The notes beneath the pieces are model-generated. The model did not search any database, was not told the DNA's origin, and worked only from the letters and a program-made list of their open reading frames with translations. The position numbers and the translations under genes are program-made. 64,000 nt of DNA from Candidatus Bathyarchaeota archaeon. GTDB taxonomy: Archaea; Thermoproteota; Bathyarchaeia; Bathyarchaeales; Bathycorpusculaceae. Position 1 is the first letter of the stretch. Every line of letters begins with the position of its first letter. Location of the stretch: positions 32,001-96,000 of the forward strand of contig CAVTZU010000010.1 in the NCBI GenBank assembly GCA_963739305.1, read 5' to 3'. Below are positions 50,328 through 60,003 of this stretch, in pieces.

Positions 50328-51778
50328 AAGAGGTCATTATAGACCCTGTCACGAGGCTTGAAGGACACGGGAACATCTCAATATTCCTAAACGACCAAGG
50401 AGAAGTGGAAAACGCCTACCTCAAGATACCTGAGCTGAGAGGATTTGAACAATTCTGCGTCGGCAGACGAGCCGAGCTGATGCCGATTCTGACCACAAGA
50501 ATCTGCGGAGTCTGCCCAGTTGCTCACCACTTCGCTGCAACCAAGGCGTTGGACGCAGCCTTCAACGTTGACCCTCCATTAACGGCGAAGAAACTGAGAG
50601 AACTCATGTACGCCGGATACATCATCTACGACCATACACTGCACTTTTACTTCCTGGGCGGTCCAGACTTCATCGTCGGTCCAGATGCTCCACCTGAGAA
50701 GAGGAATATTCTGGGCGTGATCGAAAAGGCAGGGATGGATGTAGCTAAGGAAGTCATTAAACACAGAGCTTACGGACAGAGGATTACTCAGATACTCGGA
50801 GGAAAAGCAACTCATCCTGTGTGTGGACTACCAGGCGGAGTTTCTAAAGCGCTCAACGAAGAGGGCAGACAAGAAATCGAGAACATGGCGGCATCATCAC
50901 TTGAATTCGCGAAATTAACGCTGAAGATATTCCACGACATCGTTCTTGGCAACAGCAAGTACGTTGACATGATCAAGAGCGACGCGTACACGATGAAAAC
51001 CTACTACATGGGCTTGGTCGACGAACACAACAAAGTCAATTTCTACGACGGCAAGATACGCGTGGTCGATCCCGAAGGCAAAGAGTTCCTGAAGTTCGAA
51101 CCGAAAGATTACTTGACACACATAGGCGAACACGTCGAGCAATGGACCTATGCAAAGTTTCCATACCTCAAGAAAGTCGGATGGAAGGGTCTAACCGACG
51201 GTCCGGACAGCGGAGTCTACCGCGTGGGCCCCCTTGGAAGATTGAACGCTTCAAGTGGAATGGCGACACCGTTAGCTCAAGCTGAATATGAAGAAATGTA
51301 CAAGACCCTAGGCGGAAAACCCGTGCACGGAACATTAGCGTTCCATTGGGCACGCTTGATCGAGTTATTGTACGCGACTGAAAGAGCCCTAGAACTCGTA
51401 AAAGACCCGGAGATCACGGACACAAACGTGCGCGCAAAGCCCGGCGAACCAACTGAAGGCGTTGGCGTCGTTGAAGCAGCACGGGGCACGCTGTACCATC
51501 ACTACACGCTCGACAAGGACGCGTTGATCACGGACGTCAACATGATCGTGGCCACGACCAACAATTACCCGGCAATATGCATGTCGGTCCGCGACGCGGC
51601 CAGAGGCGTAATCCACAATGGCAAAGTCGACGAAGGAATGTTGAACAAGGTGGAAATGGCCTTCAGAGCTTACGACCCGTGCTTTGGGTGTGCAACGCAC
51701 TTCGCAGTCGGCCAAATGCCCCTGAAAATCGAAATCTTCGACAACCAGAAGAACTTGATCCAGACCCTGAAGCGATAA
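50324..51778 (+). CDS. mvhA: [NiFe] hydrogenase large subunit (group 3c)
   Basis: TRLEGHG, RGFE, L1 RICGVC..H, EAARGTLYHHY, L2 YDPCFGCATH followed by a cleavable C-terminal tail. Confidence 0.92.
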   Translation: MKEVIIDPVTRLEGHGNISIFLNDQGEVENAYLKIPELRGFEQFCVGRRAELMPILTTRICGVCPVAHHFAATKALDAAFNVDPPLTAKKLRELMYAGYIIYDHTLHFYFLGGPDFIVGPDAPPEKRNILGVIEKAGMDVAKEVIKHRAYGQRITQILGGKATHPVCGLPGGVSKALNEEGRQEIENMAASSLEFAKLTLKIFHDIVLGNSKYVDMIKSDAYTMKTYYMGLVDEHNKVNFYDGKIRVVDPEGKEFLKFEPKDYLTHIGEHVEQWTYAKFPYLKKVGWKGLTDGPDSGVYRVGPLGRLNASSGMATPLAQAEYEEMYKTLGGKPVHGTLAFHWARLIELLYATERALELVKDPEITDTNVRAKPGEPTEGVGVVEAARGTLYHHYTLDKDALITDVNMIVATTNNYPAICMSVRDAARGVIHNGKVDEGMLNKVEMAFRAYDPCFGCATHFAVGQMPLKIEIFDNQKNLIQTLKR

Positions 51779-51780
51779 AT

Positions 51781-51800
51781 CTTCCCTCCTTTTCTCATTT
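51781..51800 (+). terminator. Possible pyrimidine-tract terminator after mvhA
   Basis: CTTCCCTCCTTTTCTCATTT directly after TAA 51778. Confidence 0.35.
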
Positions 51801-51823
51801 GAGCTATTTCTCATGGCGATCGT

Positions 51824-52345
51824 TTGGCGCCAACAAAAGCCCAAAGGCACACTATCGATCAGGAATTGAAGAAGTGGCTTTCTCACGCGGAAAGAATTGT
51901 TCTCGCAGGCATTGGAAACCCGATTCGAAAAGACGATTTCGTCGGGGTCAGAATTATCCAGAGTCTACGGAAGAAAACGCCTTCAGAAAATGTTATGTTG
52001 ATGGAGTGCGAAACGGTCCCAGAAGCATTTGCACAGCAGATAGTCGACTTCAAACCTTCCCATGTCTTGCTGATAGATGCTGCAGTGCTCGAGCTGCAGC
52101 CCGGCGAGAGCAGACTGATTGAGCCTGAAAAGCTGGCGTCGCCTCCTGCATACTCAAGCCACATGCTTCCACTCAGGCTCTTCTGCGAATACATTTCACG
52201 GATGACGAACGCGAGAATTGCATTGCTGCTGATACAGCCGAAAGAAACGGATTTCGGAGAAGCGTTATCGCCGGAACTCGAGGTCTCTGCGAAGAAGATT
52301 TCAGAGATTTTAAGTTCGATTCTTCGCTGCAGAAGCGGAGTCTAG
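51824..52345 (+). CDS. hycI: Hydrogenase maturation endopeptidase (HycI-like)
   Basis: GIGNPIRKDDFVG, ETVPE, LIDAA, SSH.LP and IQP...FGE.LS motifs. Confidence 0.85.
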   Translation: MAPTKAQRHTIDQELKKWLSHAERIVLAGIGNPIRKDDFVGVRIIQSLRKKTPSENVMLMECETVPEAFAQQIVDFKPSHVLLIDAAVLELQPGESRLIEPEKLASPPAYSSHMLPLRLFCEYISRMTNARIALLLIQPKETDFGEALSPELEVSAKKISEILSSILRCRSGV

Positions 52346-52941
52346 TCCGCGAGGTTCTTCTTGAGTCGCAACTCATCTCTTATGGGCAAGTTTCCTATAC
52401 CACGAAGGATCTTTCCGTGCTTTATCGCGATAGCGTTGGGTTTGACTTCGCAGATTTGAAAGCCGAGCTTTTGGTAGAAGCCTAGAGCTGGCAAATCGTC
52501 ATTTGACGTTGAAACGAGCAGCATTTTCTTCTTGGTTCTTTCAGCTTCGCGCTCAACCTCCGCAATCAATCGTCTGCCAATGCCAAGTGATTGGTGCTCA
52601 GGCAGGATCCCGAGGGCTACGATTATCGTGGCGTCATCTAATTCTTCGGTTGAAACGAACCCGACGAACTTGTTTTTCAACCTCGCTACGTATCCTGGGA
52701 GTTCTGATACGTTGAATTCTCTGTCAAACGTGAGCTGTTCTTCTTCGCCCCAGAAGGTTCTGACGAATTTGCTGATGGATCCCTTGTCCCCGTTGGACTT
52801 CTGGGTAATTGTGTAAGTCGGCTGGACCTTTTTCTCGTGATTTGGACAGATTGTTCTGAGTTGGGTGTGTTCTCCGCAGAGAAGTTGTCCGCAAACGGCA
52901 CACTTGTACACGGCGTCTCTTGTGCAGTAGCGACACTTCAA
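52342..52941 (-). CDS. GNAT acetyltransferase with N-terminal Cys/His zinc finger
   Basis: TTG 52941 follows an AGGAGG SD. CxxC-x7-CxxC-x4-CxxH-x6-CxxH, then HQSLGIG, TSNDDLPALGFYQKLGF and PIRDE. Confidence 0.8.
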   Translation of the reverse strand: MKCRYCTRDAVYKCAVCGQLLCGEHTQLRTICPNHEKKVQPTYTITQKSNGDKGSISKFVRTFWGEEEQLTFDREFNVSELPGYVARLKNKFVGFVSTEELDDATIIVALGILPEHQSLGIGRRLIAEVEREAERTKKKMLLVSTSNDDLPALGFYQKLGFQICEVKPNAIAIKHGKILRGIGNLPIRDELRLKKNLAD

Positions 52942-53033
52942 ACGTTCTTCCTCCTGTCTGTGATGTTCTGTCAAAAAGTATATAACAACAGAGCTTCAGT
53001 TAAGCTAGAAAAGTGTTTGAGGGAGTTTGGCAG

Positions 53034-53555
53034 ATGTGCGTGTTAGGCAAAGACAAGTTGAAAGAGCTTATCGACAATTACAGAGTTGTTTATCCTTACG
53101 ATTTTAATCTGCTAGATGGTGACGGGTACATACTGACGGTCAGGGAGGAGACGACTCTTCACTATCTGGAGCACAGGAACCTGATATCTCATGAAGTGAT
53201 CTTTGTCCCGCCAAACTTCGTGGCGCATCTCACAGCCAAAAGTAAGTACGGGCGTCTGGGGCTCTCGTTCCTGAACGCTGCCAAAGTTCACAGTGGATTC
53301 GTAGGAAGACTGGCGCTGGAGCTGGTGAACCTTAGCAACGATCATCATCCTATCACCATCAAACGTGGAGATCCCTTCATGCACGTGGAGTTCGTGACGA
53401 GAGAAGGAGAGCCTTCACCGTACATGGGCGAGTACCAGTTCCAGTACATGAGCGAAGATGAGATGCAGATGTACGTTCCAATCATGAAAAAAGTGTTTCC
53501 GAACTACGACGAGCTAGGCAAAACTTGGTTCAAGAACAAGAGACTTCTAACTTAG
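53034..53555 (+). CDS. dcd: Trimeric dUTPase/dCTP deaminase family protein (divergent motifs)
   Basis: AKSKYGRLG, VHSGFVG.L.LELVN and YMGEYQFQ correspond to dCTP deaminase motifs. Confidence 0.65.
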   Translation: MCVLGKDKLKELIDNYRVVYPYDFNLLDGDGYILTVREETTLHYLEHRNLISHEVIFVPPNFVAHLTAKSKYGRLGLSFLNAAKVHSGFVGRLALELVNLSNDHHPITIKRGDPFMHVEFVTREGEPSPYMGEYQFQYMSEDEMQMYVPIMKKVFPNYDELGKTWFKNKRLLT

Positions 53556-53652
53556 GACATTTTCGCGCGCCCTGACAAGTTGACTTAGAATTCATATTTC
53601 TAGGTCAGAAAGTAAATCAGTTATCTGAATAAGTATGCTTAGTCTTGACTGT

Positions 53653-53666
53653 AAAATGTTTAAATA
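53653..53666 (+). promoter_or_regulatory. BRE-TATA promoter of rpl10e-ppsA
   Basis: AAAATG-TTTAAATA about 33 nt upstream of ATG 53699. Confidence 0.5.
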
Positions 53667-53698
53667 TCGCGGCTAAAGGTAAGCTAAGGGGAAAAACC

Positions 53699-54217
53699 AT
53701 GCGAGCCAAAAATTATAGAGCCGTAAAAGGACAGAACTACACGAGAAGAGAGTTCGTCAAAGGTTTTCCACAGCCTAAGATCACCAAGTTCACTATGGGC
53801 GACACGAAAAGCAAGTTCGAGTACGAAGGGAAACTGATATCCCTTGAAGCGGCTCAAATTCGCCACAACGCTCTTGAAGCTGCGCGTGTGGCTACTAACC
53901 GCATGCTGATGGAAAAACTCATAGACAAGTACCAACTGCAGGTTTATCCTTACCCGCACATCATACTTCGCGAAAACAAGATGATTTTCGGTGCACACGC
54001 AGACCGTCTTCAGGACGGCATGCGCAGGTCTTTTGGGAAACCGATAGGAACGGCTGCACGGGTCAGGCCTGGTCAGACGATTATCAGTGTTTTCGTTAAT
54101 CATGACGCTGTTGACCTTATGAAGGAATGTTTGAAACGTGGGAGCGCAAAGCTTCCTATGCCTTGTAAAATAACGATTGAGAAGTTGAACATCGTAGAGG
54201 CGAACCCCGTTGACTGA
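53699..54217 (+). CDS. rpl10e: 50S ribosomal protein L10e (uL16)
   Basis: YTRREF, QIRHNALEAARV, YPHIILRENKM..GA.ADR.QDGMR.SFGKP.GTAARV and KLP. Confidence 0.95.
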   Translation: MRAKNYRAVKGQNYTRREFVKGFPQPKITKFTMGDTKSKFEYEGKLISLEAAQIRHNALEAARVATNRMLMEKLIDKYQLQVYPYPHIILRENKMIFGAHADRLQDGMRRSFGKPIGTAARVRPGQTIISVFVNHDAVDLMKECLKRGSAKLPMPCKITIEKLNIVEANPVD

Positions 54218-56663
54218 AATGAAAAAAGATCTGGTTCTCTGGTTTGAAGATCTGAGAAAAACGGACATCCCGTCAGTTGGAGGAAAAAACGCAAACCTCG
54301 GAGAAATGACGAGCGCTGGCATACCAGTTCCGCCTGGCTTTGCGATCGCGGCCTATGCATACAAGAAATTCATCGAAGAAACTAACATAGCAAAGAAGAT
54401 TTACGAGATTATCGATGAATCGGTAACGGACAAGAACGATCCGGCGCAGTATGAAGTGGCCTCTATAAAGATCCGCGAACTGATCGAGTCGACCTCGATG
54501 CCTAAAGAAATAGAAAACGCTGTCAAGAACGCCTACGAAGAGCTGAACAGAAAATTGAACATAAAAGACACGTTTGTGGCAGTCAGGTCGAGCGCAACAG
54601 CCGAAGACTTGGCAGACGCGTCTTTCGCGGGGCAACAAGAGACCTTCTTGAACGTTCGAGGAGTCAAAGGCGTTCTCCAAAACACCGTGAAATGCTGGTC
54701 CAGTCTGTTCACTCCACGTGCAATCTTTTACCGCAACGAGAAAGGCTTCGCACACGAAAAAGTCTTCATCAGCGTTGGGGTGCAGAAAATGGTTAATTCT
54801 AGAGCCGCAGGCGTCATGTTCACGTTGAACCCCGTCACGGGGGACACCTCCCAAATCGTTATCGAGGGCAATCACGGTTTAGGCGAAGCCGTCGTGTCAG
54901 GATCAGTGACACCGGATGATTTTGTTGTTGATAAAGAGTCAATGAAGATAACAGAGAGAAGGATCGCCAAAAAGACGATTCAATACATTAGAGACCTGAA
55001 GACCGGGCACACGGTGCATGAGGAAGTGCCCCTCGAGATGCAGGAGGTGCCGTGCGTAACTGACGAAGAGATCATCAGATTAGCAGAGTTGGCCAAACGG
55101 ATCGAGAAGCATTATGGTAAACCTCAGGATATCGAGTGGGCAATTGACCGCGATATTCCGACCGCTCCAGCAAACACGTTCATAGTTCAGTCTAGACCCG
55201 AAACGGTTTGGAGCCAGAAGACCTCGGAAGAGACAGCCAAGGGCGAAGGCGAAGAAGTCAAAACGCCTGAACTCAAAGTCGTCGTGAGAGGAATAGCCGC
55301 TGGCAGACGAGGCTTCGGAATCGGCGTCGCCCGAGTCGTGTCAAGCCCGCAGGAAGCTGCCAAAGTGATGAAGAAAGGCGACGTGCTTGTCACAGACATG
55401 ACCAACCCTGATTACGTGCCTTTCATGAAGCTTGCCGGGGCAATAGTCACCGACAAGGGCGGAGTAACATGCCACGCAGCGATCGTCAGCCGCGAACTGG
55501 GCATACCTTGCGTCGTGGGAACCGAAAATGCTACGCAGCTCATGCTCACCGGAAAGGAGTACACGGTTGATTCGAGAAGCGGCGTCGTGTATGAAGGCGC
55601 AGTAGCAACGTTGACAGCGCAGCTTACCTCAGCCTCAGCAGCAGGTGCAGGTCAAGCAGCCGCAGGCGGAATGTTCCAAGCTGTGCCAACAACCGCAACC
55701 AAGATTTACATGAACTTGGGTGTGCCCGAAAAAGTCGAAGATTACAAGGACCTCCCGTTTGAGGGGATCGGTCTGATGCGCATGGAATTCATCCTGGCGA
55801 GCTACATTGGCACTCACCCGCTTGAGTACGTGGAATCGGGACGAAGCCAAGAGTTTGTTGACAAGCTTGCAGAGGGAATCGCGACGGTGGCGAGGGCTAT
55901 ACAGCCGCGGCCTGTTGTCGTTCGATTCAGCGACTTCAAGACAAACGAGTACAGAGACCTCAAGGGCGGGGACAAATACGAGATTGTGGAAGCCAACCCG
56001 ATGCTCGGCTGGAGAGGTTGTAGCCGCTACATCAGCAAGTGGTACGAGAAAGCCTACAGGCTCGAGTGTCAAGCAATAGTCAAGTGTCGAAAGGAATGGG
56101 GACTCAAGAACGTTTGGGTGATGCTTCCAGTGGTACGTACGTTGTGGGAAGCCAAAGCTGTTCTTGAAATAATGCGGCAAGAAGGCCTAGAAAGAACGAA
56201 AGACTTCAAAGTGTGGTTCATGGCTGAAACACCGTCGATCGCAATAATGGCTGACGAATTCTCGAAGCTGGTCGATGGATACTCAATAGGCTCAAACGAC
56301 ATGACTCAAGGAATACTCATGATTGACCGAGACTCGGAACGTCTGGGGCAGATGGGGTATTTTGACGAAAGAGACCCAGCCGTGGAAAGAATAATAGCGC
56401 ACCTGATCAGAGTAGCGCACGAAAACGGGGCAACAGTCTCAATATGCGGAGAAGGCCCATCGAACCTTCCCGATTTCGCGGAGTTCCTGGTAAGAGTCGG
56501 CATCGACAGCATATCAGTAAACAACGACGCGGTGATAGCGACGAAGAAGCTCGTTGCAAGCATAGAACAGAAGATCGTTCTCGAAAGGCTCACAGAGATA
56601 AACGAGAGAGCCCAAGGACACCCATTGAAGAAGCCAGTTCAACCGTGGGAATGGAACCCATAA
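54210..56663 (+). CDS. ppsA: Phosphoenolpyruvate synthase
   Basis: VGGKNANLGEM, AVRSSATAED..ASFAGQQET, QSRPET, phospho-His GGVTCHAAIVSRELG, DFKTNEY, NPMLGWRG and SIGSND. Confidence 0.95.
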   Translation: MTEMKKDLVLWFEDLRKTDIPSVGGKNANLGEMTSAGIPVPPGFAIAAYAYKKFIEETNIAKKIYEIIDESVTDKNDPAQYEVASIKIRELIESTSMPKEIENAVKNAYEELNRKLNIKDTFVAVRSSATAEDLADASFAGQQETFLNVRGVKGVLQNTVKCWSSLFTPRAIFYRNEKGFAHEKVFISVGVQKMVNSRAAGVMFTLNPVTGDTSQIVIEGNHGLGEAVVSGSVTPDDFVVDKESMKITERRIAKKTIQYIRDLKTGHTVHEEVPLEMQEVPCVTDEEIIRLAELAKRIEKHYGKPQDIEWAIDRDIPTAPANTFIVQSRPETVWSQKTSEETAKGEGEEVKTPELKVVVRGIAAGRRGFGIGVARVVSSPQEAAKVMKKGDVLVTDMTNPDYVPFMKLAGAIVTDKGGVTCHAAIVSRELGIPCVVGTENATQLMLTGKEYTVDSRSGVVYEGAVATLTAQLTSASAAGAGQAAAGGMFQAVPTTATKIYMNLGVPEKVEDYKDLPFEGIGLMRMEFILASYIGTHPLEYVESGRSQEFVDKLAEGIATVARAIQPRPVVVRFSDFKTNEYRDLKGGDKYEIVEANPMLGWRGCSRYISKWYEKAYRLECQAIVKCRKEWGLKNVWVMLPVVRTLWEAKAVLEIMRQEGLERTKDFKVWFMAETPSIAIMADEFSKLVDGYSIGSNDMTQGILMIDRDSERLGQMGYFDERDPAVERIIAHLIRVAHENGATVSICGEGPSNLPDFAEFLVRVGIDSISVNNDAVIATKKLVASIEQKIVLERLTEINERAQGHPLKKPVQPWEWNP

Positions 56664-56730
56664 GAAGAACCCAGACCCATTCTTCATTTTGACCAAAGCA
56701 TACATTCAGCAGAAATGTGGATGTGCTGTA

Positions 56731-57732
56731 ATGAAAGATTTTGATTTGGAAGAGGAAAGAATCAAGCAAGTAATCCAAAAACTCGGAGCCAAACGCGTCT
56801 TGATACAGGTTCCAGAAGGCCTGAAGCCTGAAGCCCCGCACATCGCGAAAACGATCGAAAAACTCGGGGTGCAGTCAATTATCTCGGCAGATCCGTGCTA
56901 CGGCGGCTGTGACCTGGCCATAGCGGAGGCTGAAAGCCTCGGGGTTGACCTGATAATTCATTATGGACACACAAAGCTCGTGAAGTACGAGCGTGTTCCA
57001 ACGCTCTACATAGAAGCACGCGCGACGCTTAAGGTCGATTCTACGGTTGAAAAAGCGTTGCCTCTCCTGGAGAAATGGCGCAAGATAGGGCTTGCCACGA
57101 CTGTTCAGCACGTTCAAACTTTGGACGAGGTCAGGGAAACGCTGATTCGCGCTGGCAAGACGGTGGCAATCGGAGATACCAGACGGTTAAGCTATCCAGG
57201 CCAGGTTATTGGATGTGATTACAGCAACGTCATTTCGATAGCGAAAGACGTTGAAGCCTTTCTGTTCATAGGTGGTGGACAGTTCCACGCTTTAGGCGTG
57301 GCCCTCTCAACATCAAAGCCGACGATTGCGGCGGATCCGTTTGATCAAAGGGCGTTCTCTGTCGACGCTGAAGCACAGAAAATCTTCAAACAGAGATGGG
57401 GATGCATAGAAGAGGCAAAGAAAGCGAAGAACTTTGGCGTTCTGGTCGGAATGAAAGCCATGCAGAAAAGGCTGGATGAAGCCTTGGATATCAAGAAGAA
57501 ACTCGAAGAAAATGGAAAAACCGCGTATCTCCTGGCCGCCAAAGAGATTACACCAGAAGTCCTGATGGAATTTCCGAATATCGATGCCTTCGTGAACACC
57601 GCTTGCCCAAGAATTTCATTGGATGATGCCTCTAAGTTCAAGAAACCAGTTTTGACGACTAACGAAGCATTGGTGATTATCGACAAACTCTCTTGGGAAG
57701 AGCTATGCAAGAAAGGCTTGCTAGAAAGCTAG
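56731..57732 (+). CDS. dph2: 2-(3-amino-3-carboxypropyl)histidine synthase (diphthamide biosynthesis)
   Basis: QVPEGLK, PCYGGCD, HYGH, TVQH, GQVIGC, GGGQFH and TACPRI. Confidence 0.92.
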   Translation: MKDFDLEEERIKQVIQKLGAKRVLIQVPEGLKPEAPHIAKTIEKLGVQSIISADPCYGGCDLAIAEAESLGVDLIIHYGHTKLVKYERVPTLYIEARATLKVDSTVEKALPLLEKWRKIGLATTVQHVQTLDEVRETLIRAGKTVAIGDTRRLSYPGQVIGCDYSNVISIAKDVEAFLFIGGGQFHALGVALSTSKPTIAADPFDQRAFSVDAEAQKIFKQRWGCIEEAKKAKNFGVLVGMKAMQKRLDEALDIKKKLEENGKTAYLLAAKEITPEVLMEFPNIDAFVNTACPRISLDDASKFKKPVLTTNEALVIIDKLSWEELCKKGLLES

Positions 57733-58391
57733 ACCTCGAACTGATGCTTTCAAGGGTCAAGCCTCACCCGACGCCGACGCCAAGTTTGGAGCAATACACC
57801 ATCTCTGCTCAAGCAGCCGCAACAATGCTCTACTTGGCCGCCTACGCAAAAGGGGACATAGTCGGGAAATGCGTTCTAGACTTGGGCTGCGGAACAGGCA
57901 GGCTCGCCTTGGGAGCAGCATTCCTCGGCGCAAAAAGCGTTGTCGGTGTAGACATAGACAGAAAAGCTGTGAGAACCGCTTATCAGAATGCCCTAGAAGC
58001 AGGACTAAAGCAAAAGGCACAGTGGGTTTCAGGAGACGTTGATTCTGTTCACGGAACCTTTGACACTGTGCTGCAGAACCCGCCTTTTGGCGTCCAAAAA
58101 CGCGGGGCAGACAGGAAATTCATAAAAAAAGCTTTAGAACTCGGGACCGTAGCCTATTCTCTTCACAAAAGACCTGGTCACGACACTAATCTTGCTAGAA
58201 AACTCAACGCGAGCACCGACGGTGTTTTGGCTGTTCCTCCGTCGCCTTTTGTGAAGGAATTCATCGAGGAAAACGGGGGAAGAGTCCAGGCTGTTTATGC
58301 TTTGCTGATGACTATCCCCCGCATGTTCGAGTTTCACACTGAAAAGAAACATGACACTATCGTGGATTTGTACATAATGCGAAATAGATGA
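57705..58391 (+). CDS. METTL5-family SAM-dependent RNA methyltransferase
   Basis: LEQY, DLGCGTG, NPPFG, AYSLH and FHT motifs. Confidence 0.88.
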   Translation: MQERLARKLDLELMLSRVKPHPTPTPSLEQYTISAQAAATMLYLAAYAKGDIVGKCVLDLGCGTGRLALGAAFLGAKSVVGVDIDRKAVRTAYQNALEAGLKQKAQWVSGDVDSVHGTFDTVLQNPPFGVQKRGADRKFIKKALELGTVAYSLHKRPGHDTNLARKLNASTDGVLAVPPSPFVKEFIEENGGRVQAVYALLMTIPRMFEFHTEKKHDTIVDLYIMRNR

Positions 58392-58573
58392 GGTACTCAG
58401 GCAAAACTACTAATCCTTGTGATAGGTTGATGGAGATTGCATGCGCCCAGGCGAATCAAAAGGTTTATTGAGAGGCTAAGAAAGTAGAGTTATGATCGTT
58501 TAGGATTTGGCCTCAACAAGAGATGCCTACGCATTTGTGTTGGAGCTAATCGGAAACAAGAAAAGGGTTTGGA

Positions 58574-59188
58574 ATGACTTCAAAATCCAATGAACAGAAA
58601 ACTGGTCAGCTTGTTGTGCCTGGAGATCGCATCGGCGTCATCGAAGAGTTCATCCCGGACGATGGAACTTTTGTCAGAGACGGCGTGATCTACTCTAAAG
58701 TTGTGGGTCGGGTTTTAATTGATCTCGCACGCAAACGAGTCACAGTTCACCAGCTTACTGAGGGCGCAAGAGTGCCCATTACAGGAAGTACAGTCGTAGG
58801 ACAAGTTTCGAATGCACAAAACGAAACCGCAGGCGTCCGCATTTTTGAAATAGAAAACGACAAAGTTAACGGTGCTTTCGCGGGTATACTGCACGTTTCA
58901 GACGTGCAGATGCGATACGTGGACTCGATGTTCGACGTGTGCAAGGCGGGAGACGTGATCAGAGCCAAGGTGATCAGCGAAAAAAACAGAACTTATCATC
59001 TGTCAACGAAGGACAGGAACTTGGGCGTCGTCTATGCTTTCTGCTCGAACTGTGGTACGTTGCTGGAGCCAAGAAGACAAGGCATGCACTGTCCGAAGTG
59101 TGGGCGAGTTGAAAGACGTAAACTTGCTTCAGATTATGGTGCAGGATTGATTGAAGGCAGGAAAGGTGAGGACGAAGATGAAGGTTAA
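58574..59188 (+). CDS. csl4: Exosome complex RNA-binding protein Csl4
   Basis: VVPGDRIGVIEEF, S1 domain, GDVIRAKV, LGVV.A.CSNCG...CPKCG..E.RK. Confidence 0.93.
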   Translation: MTSKSNEQKTGQLVVPGDRIGVIEEFIPDDGTFVRDGVIYSKVVGRVLIDLARKRVTVHQLTEGARVPITGSTVVGQVSNAQNETAGVRIFEIENDKVNGAFAGILHVSDVQMRYVDSMFDVCKAGDVIRAKVISEKNRTYHLSTKDRNLGVVYAFCSNCGTLLEPRRQGMHCPKCGRVERRKLASDYGAGLIEGRKGEDEDEG

Positions 59189-59462
59189 CGTGCTCATAAA
59201 GAGTCCAACCGAGCTTAAGATCGAGGTTGAAGGGGCGGGTCACACGCTCTGTAACCTGTTACAGAAGAAATTGTTGGAAGAAGAAAACGTTGATCTTGCG
59301 GGTTACGATATTCCGCACCCTCTTGCACCAATCTCGATAATATATGTCCGCACGAAGGGCAGGGTCAAACCCGAACAAATCTTGAAGAACGCCATAGAGA
59401 AAACTCGGGAAATGAACAAGGAATTTGGAAAAGAGTTGGCCAGGGCGCTTAAGGAAAAGTAA
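59178..59462 (+). CDS. rpoL: DNA-directed RNA polymerase subunit L (Rpo11)
   Basis: EGAGHTLCNLL and AGYDIPHPL; follows csl4; AGGTGAGG SD. Confidence 0.92.
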   Translation: MKVNVLIKSPTELKIEVEGAGHTLCNLLQKKLLEEENVDLAGYDIPHPLAPISIIYVRTKGRVKPEQILKNAIEKTREMNKEFGKELARALKEK

Positions 59463-59844
59463 CTCTTTCTTTTGCTGCGACGAGCAGGCGAGTCAACGCC
59501 TCGACTGGATCGCCGATTTTTCTGATTGTGTTAACAGCCTCGTCCAGGCGTAGACAGTTGTCGAGCCAAGCATAGACCGCCAAGGCTTCTGCTGCATCCG
59601 CGAGCGAGTGACGCGACATTCTCGAAGGCAAGTACTCTCTAAGCCCAGCCTTTCTGAAAGCTTCTGCAAGAATGCTTCCCTTCACTTTGGTACCTTCAGG
59701 CTCCCCTTTTTTGTTGGACAGGGCCAGTGAATAGACGAAGTTGATATATGAGTCGCCGAGAGACGACAATCCGCGATCGGCTAAGACTTCGCCCAAGCTT
59801 TTGCGTCTCCAAGAAAATGAGCAAGCTACTTTGTGCTCCTTCAT
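59449..59844 (-). CDS. Archaeal ribonuclease III-like single-domain protein
   Basis: LSSLGDSYINF..SLA and ADAAEAL..YAWL resemble RNase III signature helices; no dsRBD. Confidence 0.7.
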   Translation of the reverse strand: MKEHKVACSFSWRRKSLGEVLADRGLSSLGDSYINFVYSLALSNKKGEPEGTKVKGSILAEAFRKAGLREYLPSRMSRHSLADAAEALAVYAWLDNCLRLDEAVNTIRKIGDPVEALTRLLVAAKERVTFP

Positions 59845-60003
59845 GCCAAACCCACCAAATCAGACTTCACCTTAAGTTAATAACCCATACTCTCCCATGA
59901 TGCGTCTGCCTATAGTCTTGCCGATTTCTTTCAGTGCAGTGGAGGAACTTCTTAATATTCCAGCAACGCTCAACCTAATCAGGTTCGAGCAGGGAGGCTC
60001 AAG

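Noticed and set aside
10255-52345. Methanogenesis inferred from cofE plus hdr/mvh
   Set aside because: No mcr or mtr genes in the window; these genes are widespread in non-methanogenic archaea.
1636-56593. Long antisense ORFs (e.g. 1636..2271, 16042..16602, 41452..41997, 53684..54322, 54273..54875)
   Set aside because: Shadows of well-supported genes on the opposite strand, with no recognisable motifs.
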